Part shown: piece by piece, positions 30,112 to 37,547 of the stretch
Layout: every line of letters begins with the position of its first letter
How positions within the stretch are numbered: the first letter of the stretch is position 1
Origin: an uncultured Enterobacteriaceae bacterium
GTDB taxonomy: Bacteria; Pseudomonadota; Gammaproteobacteria; Eutrophobiales; Eutrophobiaceae
Length of the DNA: 37,547 nucleotides
NCBI GenBank assembly: GCA_964544965.1
Contig: CAZJED010000005.1
Location: 1,340 to 38,886, forward strand
Reading direction: 5' to 3'
The notes under the pieces: model-generated
The model's database searches: none
Told to the model about the DNA's origin: nothing
Seen by the model: the letters and a program-made list of their open reading frames with translations, nothing else
Position numbers and translations under genes: made by a program

Positions 30112-30591
30112 CTACCTTAAAAATTTTTTTTCTAAAATCAATTTTACGGATTCAGGGACAAATGGACTAACGTCTCCGCCTAATGCGGCTATTTCACGAA
30201 CAAGACTTGATGAAATAAAATTAAAATTTTCTGTTGGTGTTAGAAATACTGTTTCAAGATCTTCATACAATTTCTTATTCATAGCAGTCATTTTAAATTC
30301 GTAGTCAAAATCAGAAATTGTTCTTACTCCGCGAATGATTACATTCACAGATTTCTCTTTTGCTAGATCAGTCACTAAACTATCGAAAGAAATAACTGTA
30401 ATATTGTTGGTATCAGAAAATACATCTTTTATAAGTAAAACTCTTTCATCTATATCAAGTAATGTTTTTTCTGATTTTTTTTCAGCAACAGCAATAATAA
30501 TTTTATCGAATAACTTTGTTGCACGCTTTGCTATATCAATATGACCGTTTGTTATTGGATCAAAACTGCCTGCATAAATTGCTTGTGCCAT
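30112..30591 (-). CDS. coaD: Phosphopantetheine adenylyltransferase
   Basis: YAGSFDPITNGHIDI, IRGVR..SDFDYE, ISSSLVRE. Confidence 0.98.
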   Translation of the reverse strand: MAQAIYAGSFDPITNGHIDIAKRATKLFDKIIIAVAEKKSEKTLLDIDERVLLIKDVFSDTNNITVISFDSLVTDLAKEKSVNVIIRGVRTISDFDYEFKMTAMNKKLYEDLETVFLTPTENFNFISSSLVREIAALGGDVSPFVPESVKLILEKKFLR

Positions 30592-30592
30592 C

Positions 30593-31150
30593 TTAATTTT
30601 CTCTATTTAATTCTGCTAATACTGATTGCACTTGTTTTGTATAAGTAATCTTATTTATTTTAAACACTGAAGGTATATCCATATCTTTTTCTGATTCTAT
30701 ATAAATTATTCCATCATTGTCTAACAATGACTGTTCATAAATGATTTGGCAACATTTTTCTACATGCCCTTGGCCAAATGGTGGGTCTAGAAAAATAATA
30801 TTAAAGCTTCTCGTTTGCCTCCTTAACCAACTTATTGCATCAACACACTCAATATAGTGATGCCTGCTCTCTAAAATATCGGCAGTTTTTATTAAATTTT
30901 TTACTATGCTCGGGTTAGATTCGACCATTGTCACCTCGGATGCGCCTCGAGATAATGCTTCAAATGACAAAGCGCCGGTACCAGAAAATAAATCGAGGCA
31001 ACGAGCATTGATAATTTTTTTATTTATCCAATTAAATAATGTCTCACGTATTCTATCTGGGGTAGGCCGTAAACCAGGAGCTTCGATTACATTTAATTTT
31101 CTGCCGCGCCACTTTCCGCCAATGATCCGAATCTTTGTTGAGCTATCCAA
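30593..31150 (-). CDS. rsmD: 16S rRNA (guanine(966)-N2)-methyltransferase
   Basis: RIIGGKWRGR, LRPTPDRIRETLFNW, LDLFSGTGAL..EALSRGA, FLDPPF. Confidence 0.96.
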   Translation of the reverse strand: MDSSTKIRIIGGKWRGRKLNVIEAPGLRPTPDRIRETLFNWINKKIINARCLDLFSGTGALSFEALSRGASEVTMVESNPSIVKNLIKTADILESRHHYIECVDAISWLRRQTRSFNIIFLDPPFGQGHVEKCCQIIYEQSLLDNDGIIYIESEKDMDIPSVFKINKITYTKQVQSVLAELNREN

Positions 31151-31153
31151 ATT

Positions 31154-32479
31154 TTATTTATCTTCGTATGTTTTTTCAGGAGATTTGCCCACGCTTACTG
31201 TGACAAATTTTTCTGGAGACAAACGACGCTTAAAAGCATCTTTAATATTATCGATCGTGACCTCTTCAACATTGTTATTAAACGTATCAAGGTAATCGAG
31301 TGGAAGTTTATAATATCCGATAACAACCACATAATTAAGGATTTTACTATTACTATCAATGCGCAATGGAAATCCACCAATTATGTTTTTTTTTGCTGCA
31401 ATTAACTCATCTTGAGTTGGCCCTTCTTCAATATATTTCTTGATATTTTCTAATAAAATAGAAATTGCTTCATCAACCTGATTTGTCTTTGTTTGTAAGC
31501 CCGCAATAAAGGGACCTTTAAAAAGCATGGGCGTAAAGTAACTGTAAGCACTGTATGACAAGCCTCTTTTTTCTCTAATCTCTTCAAACAAACGTGAAAC
31601 CATACCGCCACCGCCAAGAATATGATTTCCAACATACAATGAAAAATAATCAGAATCTCCACGGCTTACACCTGGCTGTCCTACAAGAACATGAGTTTGA
31701 GCTGATGGGTAATCAATAAAAATATTTTTTGATTCATCTATTTTTTTAACTTCTGTTAATGAATCAGCTTTTTTACCTTCTTTTAATGAACTTACAATAT
31801 TTTCCGCAATCTGTTCTGCTGCTTGTCGGTCAACAGCGCCAACAATTGCAATTATTGAATTTTTTGCTGTGTAATATTTATCATAAAAAGAAATTATATT
31901 TTCTCTTTTAATAGATTTTATAGTTTCCTGATCGCCTTCACTTGGTTTGCCATAAGGATGTAATCGATAAATTGCGCTCATAAATGCATCTTTTGCTATA
32001 GTGCCTGGTGATTGTTGTTTAGCTTTTATTCCTATTAGCATTTGTGAGCGTTTACGTTCAAAAGAATCTTTGGGGAAATCAGGTTTTGAAATAACTTTTT
32101 TAAAGTTTTCCATTGCTTTCGTAAATAGTTCATTTTGTGTAAGTGAGCGCAATTGAAGTGATGCGGAATCATAACCAATGTCTGAAGCATAAATTGCTCC
32201 GAGTGACTCAAAACCACTACTTATTGTATCTGCATCATCTCCGTCAGCTCCTTCTGCTAATAAACTATTAGTTAACATTGCAATTCCTAATGTATTGCCG
32301 TCACGAATACTCCCAGCATCAAAAACAACTTGTATGTCTACCATGGGTAATTCTGGAGAATATACATAATAAACATCAGTCCCCTTTGAGGTTGTCCAAT
32401 ATTCTATATTTGGAGATGCCAAAGGAGAGGCTGTATAAAAAAATAAAAAAAATAAAATCGTTCTAATGTGCACGAGCAT
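31154..32479 (-). CDS. M16 family peptidase, non-catalytic subunit
   Basis: Signal peptide from M at 32479 (or GTG 32473). LPMVD..FDAGS, no HxxEH, has SRLFEEIREKRGLSY (R/Y pair). Confidence 0.88.
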   Translation of the reverse strand: MLVHIRTILFFLFFYTASPLASPNIEYWTTSKGTDVYYVYSPELPMVDIQVVFDAGSIRDGNTLGIAMLTNSLLAEGADGDDADTISSGFESLGAIYASDIGYDSASLQLRSLTQNELFTKAMENFKKVISKPDFPKDSFERKRSQMLIGIKAKQQSPGTIAKDAFMSAIYRLHPYGKPSEGDQETIKSIKRENIISFYDKYYTAKNSIIAIVGAVDRQAAEQIAENIVSSLKEGKKADSLTEVKKIDESKNIFIDYPSAQTHVLVGQPGVSRGDSDYFSLYVGNHILGGGGMVSRLFEEIREKRGLSYSAYSYFTPMLFKGPFIAGLQTKTNQVDEAISILLENIKKYIEEGPTQDELIAAKKNIIGGFPLRIDSNSKILNYVVVIGYYKLPLDYLDTFNNNVEEVTIDNIKDAFKRRLSPEKFVTVSVGKSPEKTYEDK

Positions 32480-33857
32480 TTCCTTCTGTTGTTTTTCTTG
32501 TATTGGCAGAATTTTGTTCAATCTTGAGTGGGTATAGATCGGCAATAGTCAGCCTATCATCAATCAAATACTTTTTTGCAACTGTCAAAACTTGTTCATT
32601 TGTCACAGCTTTAATTCTTTCCACATATTTATCAGCTAAAGTTGAAGATAAACCGACTGTTTCTAATATACCAATTATCATTGCCTGATAAAAAATAGAA
32701 TCTTTCTCATAAACATCAGAAGAAATTACTTGTGCTTTAACGCGGTTTAATTCTTCATCGCTAACTAGATATGTTTGTAAATTTAATATTTCATTTCTAA
32801 ACGCTATTTCAAGCTCTTGCACTGATTTATCTGATGCAGGTGTTCCAGACAAAGTAAACAGGTTATCTAAACGTGAGGTCATTTGATAACTTGCGCTTGC
32901 TGCTGCTGCAATCTCGTTGCCTCTAACTAGCCGGCTAGCAATCCTTGCGCTATTACCACCATCTAATATTCCTGCTAATACTTCTAGAGCGTATGGCTCC
33001 CAGTCATATTCATTATCATCAAGGTTATTCGGTATTATTACTGGCGTCTTATAAGCCATCATTAAAGTTGGCAATTCAGCAGGACGTTTTACAGTGATAC
33101 GCTTTGTTCCTTGTTGTGGAACTTCTATTTGTCTTTTTGTTGTTATTAATTCCCCCGGAGAAAGAGGCCCAAAATGTTCGTACGCAAGTGCATACACATC
33201 ATTTGGATCGACATCGCCGACAACTACAACTGTTGCATTATTAGGCGCATACCATTTTTTATACCAATTTCTCAGATCATTAATTTCCATATTATCTAGA
33301 TCCTGCATCCACCCAATAACAGGAAAACGATATGGGCTCGTTTGAAAAGCAGCTGCTTTTATTGCTTCATATAAAAATGACTGGGGATTATCTTCGGTGC
33401 GCCATCGTCTCTCCTCTTTTACCACTTCAATCTCTTTTATAAATTCTTCATCAGATAATTTTAAATGCCGCATTCGATCGGCTTCCAGTTCAAAACTAAT
33501 TGATAATCTTGATTTTTCAAGGGTTTGAAAATAACTTGTATAATCGGGACCAGTAAAAGCATTATCACGACCACCATTCTCGGCAATAATGCGTGAGAAT
33601 TCACCGGGGGCAAATCTCTCTGTTCCCTTAAACATCATATGCTCTAGTACGTGTGATATTCCAGTAATGCCATCATGTTCATAGCTACTCCCAACCTTAT
33701 ACCAAATTTGTGTTACAACAACAGGAGCTCGGTGGTCTGCCTTCACCAAAAGTTTAAGGCCATTATTTAGTTCATACTTATGCACCTGAGCCGTGGCAAT
33801 GATTGGACTTGCCAAAATTAAAAATATGCTACTTATTTTAAACCATGAATATTTCAT
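32463..33857 (-). CDS. M16 family zinc peptidase, catalytic subunit
   Basis: Signal peptide, WYKVGS, inverted zinc motif HVLEH, NAFT, EADRM, V.EERR, YAPNNA. Confidence 0.93.
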   Translation of the reverse strand: MKYSWFKISSIFLILASPIIATAQVHKYELNNGLKLLVKADHRAPVVVTQIWYKVGSSYEHDGITGISHVLEHMMFKGTERFAPGEFSRIIAENGGRDNAFTGPDYTSYFQTLEKSRLSISFELEADRMRHLKLSDEEFIKEIEVVKEERRWRTEDNPQSFLYEAIKAAAFQTSPYRFPVIGWMQDLDNMEINDLRNWYKKWYAPNNATVVVVGDVDPNDVYALAYEHFGPLSPGELITTKRQIEVPQQGTKRITVKRPAELPTLMMAYKTPVIIPNNLDDNEYDWEPYALEVLAGILDGGNSARIASRLVRGNEIAAAASASYQMTSRLDNLFTLSGTPASDKSVQELEIAFRNEILNLQTYLVSDEELNRVKAQVISSDVYEKDSIFYQAMIIGILETVGLSSTLADKYVERIKAVTNEQVLTVAKKYLIDDRLTIADLYPLKIEQNSANTRKTTEGNARAH

Positions 33858-34030
33858 TGTTTTTTATCTATAATGTTTGTATTAAATTCCGTATGATTGA
33901 GCCTATTCTAAAATATTTCAATATTATTATTAAGTACAGATTTATTTACATAATGAAATTATTGTAAAAAAATATTTTTTATGTTCGATTTTAAAAATTT
34001 AGTGGCGATATATCAAAACATTAAACCAAT

Positions 34031-34936
34031 ATGAAATCACTTGCTAGTCGCCTTAAATTAACACGCGCAAATCTTTTTGGTTCATTATTTAATAAACATA
34101 AATGTACAATTAATAATACCATTATTAGAGAGCTAGAAGATAGATTTTTACTTGCTGATATTGGCATTAAAACAACTGAGCAAATCATCCAGTTATTAAA
34201 ATCGGCTCTTAAAACAAATTCAGATGCTATCCCACTTGAAGCACATATCAAAGAAATTCTTTTATCAATGCTTAACCCAGTGGAAAAAAATTTAGTAGTC
34301 CCCGACAATATTAATAAACCTTATTTAATTTTAGTTGTTGGTGTTAATGGTGTCGGCAAAACAACAACTATTGGAAAACTTGCAAAATATATAAAATCTA
34401 AGAATAAAAGTGTCCTACTCGCAGCTGCCGATACTTTTCGAGCGGCGGCAACCGAACAATTGAATAAATGGGCTCAGTTAAATGATGTTAAAGTTATTTC
34501 ACTAACTAGTGGGTCTGATGCAGGTGCTGTCATATATAACGCACTGCAATCTGCGCGTACTAATAATATTGATGTATTAATTGCTGATACTGCGGGTCGC
34601 TTACACAACAAGAAAAATCTGATGGATGAAATAAAAAAAATTAGTAATATCAGTAAAAAGTTTGACTCATCAATAAAAAAAGAGACATTTTTAATATTGG
34701 ATGCTGGTACTGGACAAAATACGTTAGCTCAGGCAAAACAATTTCAAGAAACTATAGGTGTAGACGGAATTATTTTAACTAAGCTTGATGGTACTGCCAA
34801 AGGTGGTATTGTATTTGCTCTTGCTAATGAATTGAAAATTCCAATTCATTTTATTGGGATTGGAGAAAATATTGATGACTTACAACCATTTAATGCTTCA
34901 GAATTTATTGATGCGTTATTAGGTGGCGATTTATGA
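34031..34936 (+). CDS. ftsY: SRP receptor FtsY (NG domain only)
   Basis: GVNGVGKTTTIGKLA, DTFRAAA, DTAGRL, TGQN, TKLDGTAKGG. Confidence 0.97.
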   Translation: MKSLASRLKLTRANLFGSLFNKHKCTINNTIIRELEDRFLLADIGIKTTEQIIQLLKSALKTNSDAIPLEAHIKEILLSMLNPVEKNLVVPDNINKPYLILVVGVNGVGKTTTIGKLAKYIKSKNKSVLLAAADTFRAAATEQLNKWAQLNDVKVISLTSGSDAGAVIYNALQSARTNNIDVLIADTAGRLHNKKNLMDEIKKISNISKKFDSSIKKETFLILDAGTGQNTLAQAKQFQETIGVDGIILTKLDGTAKGGIVFALANELKIPIHFIGIGENIDDLQPFNASEFIDALLGGDL

Positions 34937-35619
34937 TTCAATTCATAAATGCTTTTATGACTTACCCTAGCGGCAACAAAGCCTTGCAAAATATAAATCT
35001 CAATATTGATAAAGGTGAAATGGTTTATGTAAGCGGGCGCTCAGGAGCTGGCAAAAGCACTTTATTAAAATTAATTAATTTAATTGATCGCCATACACGC
35101 GGACAAATTATAGTAAAAGGCCAGAATCTGGAACGAATTAAAAGAAATCTTGTGCCTATATTCAGAAGAAATATTGGTTTTATTTTTCAGAATCATAGAT
35201 TGCTTAATGATCGAACTATTTTTGATAACGTTGCGCTGCCCTTAGTAATAGCTGGCAATAGCCACCAAGAAATAAAAAGGAGAGTACAGGCAGCGCTTGA
35301 CAAAGTCGATCTATTATCAAAAATTAATAGTTACCCGATGGAATTATCCGGTGGAGAGCAACAACGTATTGGAGTTGCTAGAGCGGTAGTAAATCGCCCT
35401 GCTATTTTGTTAGCTGATGAGCCTACCGGGAATCTGGATCCAACTCTTTCATGGGAAATAATGAAACTATTTGAACAATTTAATCAAGTGGGTGTTACTG
35501 TGCTTATTGCAAGTCATGAGTTTGATATGATTAAAAACATGAAAAAAAGAATTATTATTCTAAACAAAGGAAGAATTACAAATAGCGCAGATACGCCTGA
35601 TAAACTAATAGTAAATTAA
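34933..35619 (+). CDS. ftsE: Cell division ATP-binding protein FtsE
   Basis: GRSGAGKST, LSGGEQQR, LADEPTGNLD; sits between ftsY and ftsX. Confidence 0.96.
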   Translation: MIQFINAFMTYPSGNKALQNINLNIDKGEMVYVSGRSGAGKSTLLKLINLIDRHTRGQIIVKGQNLERIKRNLVPIFRRNIGFIFQNHRLLNDRTIFDNVALPLVIAGNSHQEIKRRVQAALDKVDLLSKINSYPMELSGGEQQRIGVARAVVNRPAILLADEPTGNLDPTLSWEIMKLFEQFNQVGVTVLIASHEFDMIKNMKKRIIILNKGRITNSADTPDKLIVN

Positions 35620-35653
35620 AGTAGAACGTGAAATTATATAATTGAAGCAACAT

Positions 35654-36568
35654 ATGCAAATTTGGCTTAAACAACATGCACATGCATTCTTTTTTAGTTT
35701 AGGACAATATATAAAAAATCCAATCAATAATATATTAACAACTTTTGTTATTGGTATCTCGCTTGCATTTCCTGCAGGATTCTATGTCTTTCTTAATAAT
35801 GTTCAAATTATCTCTGCTAATTGGGATAAAACGATTGAAATAAATTTATTTTTAGATACTACAATTAATGAACAACAGGCGAATGATTTAGCAAATAGAA
35901 TATTAAAACGTGATGATGTTGCTCAAACAATCCTCATTAAAAAAGATGAAGCGCTCACTGAGTATAAAAAACTTTCTGGTTTCTCAGATGTGCTTAATGT
36001 GCTTAATCAGAATCCGTTTCCAAATGTCATTCTAGTAAAACCGGTATTTAAGGATATTGATGAAAATAAAACTAAAAAATTAATTGCTGATTTAGAAATA
36101 ATACCCGAGATTGATAATCTACAATACGATAATACTTGGATAAAACGTTTGATCCATATTATAAAAATAGTAAAACTCTTGACGTTTATACTATCTGCTT
36201 TATTGGCAATTGCAGTTTTATTGGTCATTGGCAATACAATTCGTTTATCTATTTATAATTATCGTGATGAAATTGAAATAACAAAATTATTTGGAGGAAC
36301 AGATAGTTTTATACAGCGTCCATTTTTATATAGCGGCGTATGGTATGGCATATTCGGAAGTATAATCGCTTGGCTTTTAATTGCTGTTTCGATCCAGATA
36401 CTAAGTGAGCCCATAAAAAATCTATCGACTCTCTATGCAAGTGACTTCAATTTAGTTGGTCTTGGCATCACAAACACTCTGCGTTTATTTGGTACAGGGG
36501 TGTTACTAGGATTATTTGGTTCCTGGATATCAGTAAAACGTCATTTGTATATAATCGAAGCTAATTAA
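35654..36568 (+). CDS. ftsX: Cell division permease FtsX
   Basis: NPFP, W.KRL, IGNTIRL.I..RDEIEI.KL.GGT..FI.RPFLY.G; four TM segments. Start ATG 35654 or TTG 35642. Confidence 0.95.
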   Translation: MQIWLKQHAHAFFFSLGQYIKNPINNILTTFVIGISLAFPAGFYVFLNNVQIISANWDKTIEINLFLDTTINEQQANDLANRILKRDDVAQTILIKKDEALTEYKKLSGFSDVLNVLNQNPFPNVILVKPVFKDIDENKTKKLIADLEIIPEIDNLQYDNTWIKRLIHIIKIVKLLTFILSALLAIAVLLVIGNTIRLSIYNYRDEIEITKLFGGTDSFIQRPFLYSGVWYGIFGSIIAWLLIAVSIQILSEPIKNLSTLYASDFNLVGLGITNTLRLFGTGVLLGLFGSWISVKRHLYIIEAN

Positions 36569-36605
36569 ACCATTATAAATCAGCCATTTAGTATAATTTT
36601 AAATT

Positions 36606-36632
36606 GAACCTTTCAAATTATTAGCACTCAAA
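36606..36632 (+). promoter_or_regulatory. sigmaE/AlgU-type promoter upstream of rpoH
   Basis: GAACCT (36606-11), 16 bp, TCAAA (36628-32). Matches the GAACTT-N16-TCAAA consensus with one mismatch. Confidence 0.6.
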
Positions 36633-36647
36633 CTGCAAGAGTGCTAA
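36621..36647. promoter_or_regulatory. CIRCE element (HrcA operator)
   Basis: TTAGCACTC-aaactgcaa-GAGTGCTAA: exact consensus with a 9-bp spacer, upstream of rpoH. Confidence 0.95.
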
Positions 36648-36692
36648 AATGCTTATAGTTGAAGTTAATTATTGCTTATGGAAATTAAATAT

Positions 36693-37541
36693 ATGAATCA
36701 ACTAACAAATTTACAGTTTGCATTACCAGTAGGCTCAATTGACAGTTATGTGCATTCTGTCAATCAAGTACCGATATTAACGCTTGAAGAAGAACAGCGT
36801 CTAGCAAGACTTTTAAAAGAGAGCAATGATATAGAAGCTGCTCGTCAATTAGTTATGTCTCATCTGCGTTTTGTTGTGAAAATAGCGCGTGGTTATAGTG
36901 GGTACGGCCTACAACAATCTGACCTTATTCAAGAAGGCAACATTGGTTTAATGAAAGCGGTTAAACGTTTTGATCCTGACGTTGGCGTACGGCTTGTTTC
37001 ATTTGCAGTACATTGGGTACGTGCAGAAATTCATGAATTTATTCTTCGAAATTGGCGTGTTGTAAAAATTGCAACAACAAAGGCACAACGCAAGTTGTTC
37101 TTCAACCTTCGTTCTTCAAAGAAAAGATTGGGTTGGCTTAACCAGAAAGAAATAAATGAAGTCGCAGAAGATCTTGGGGTGAAACCAAGCGATGTGATAG
37201 AAATGGAAAAACGCATGAGTAATTATGATGCGACATTAGAGACACGCATTGAAGATGAAGAGGGGTCATTTAATGCTCCTATAAGCTACTTAGAAAACAA
37301 TGAACCTAATCCAGAAGAGCTACTAGAAAATGAACAGAATATAAATCATGAACAAGAAACACTAAAGAATGCAATTTCTCTACTAGATGAAAGAAGTAAA
37401 GATATTATTTCAAGCCGGTGGCTAACAGAAAAAAAAGCGACTCTTCATGAACTCGCCGCAATTCATAATATTTCTGCAGAAAGAGTGAGGCAAATTGAAA
37501 ACACTGCTATAAAAAAACTCAAAGAGTCTATTAAAAATTAG
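36693..37541 (+). CDS. rpoH: RNA polymerase heat-shock sigma factor sigma32
   Basis: SHLRFVV, DLIQEGNIGLMKAVKRFDP, RpoH box QRKLFFNLR, SAERVRQIE; follows ftsX. Start probably ATG 36693 (ATG 36678 alternative). Confidence 0.98.
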   Translation: MNQLTNLQFALPVGSIDSYVHSVNQVPILTLEEEQRLARLLKESNDIEAARQLVMSHLRFVVKIARGYSGYGLQQSDLIQEGNIGLMKAVKRFDPDVGVRLVSFAVHWVRAEIHEFILRNWRVVKIATTKAQRKLFFNLRSSKKRLGWLNQKEINEVAEDLGVKPSDVIEMEKRMSNYDATLETRIEDEEGSFNAPISYLENNEPNPEELLENEQNINHEQETLKNAISLLDERSKDIISSRWLTEKKATLHELAAIHNISAERVRQIENTAIKKLKESIKN

Positions 37542-37547
37542 CGTTTA

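Overview
AT-rich (roughly one-third G+C, estimated by eye), densely packed core-genome segment of a gammaproteobacterium. Gene order resembles several Pseudomonas-type housekeeping loci joined together: hemX(partial)-hemD-hemC <> gshB-tonB3-yqgF-pyrR-pyrB-pyrC'-pyrK >< pilU2-pilU-pilT <> yggS-proC-yggT-metX-metW >< xth(crc-like) <> pyrE-DUF4124 >< slmA-argB-algC-dut-coaBC <> rpmB-rpmG-[GldA/GldF/GldG-like ABC + DUF4340]-mutM >< ggt-coaD-rsmD-M16 pair <> ftsY-ftsE-ftsX-rpoH. Two genes missing from the ORF track were read by hand: hemX (truncated at the window edge) and rpmG. I see no rRNA, tRNA, CRISPR array, transposase, integrase, prophage or defence island. The most notable items are: (1) a perfect CIRCE (HrcA) operator upstream of rpoH, interlocked with a sigmaE-like promoter; (2) an uncharacterised four-gene GldAFG/DUF4340 ABC module between rpmG and mutM; (3) three tandem PilT/PilU retraction ATPases plus TonB3, with the usual pilus-regulatory neighbours absent; (4) a Crc-like exonuclease III at the crc position that keeps its catalytic residues; (5) a pseudo-dihydroorotase plus a PyrK subunit with no adjacent pyrD. 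None of these is proven novel. Family assignments come from motif recognition, not database searches.
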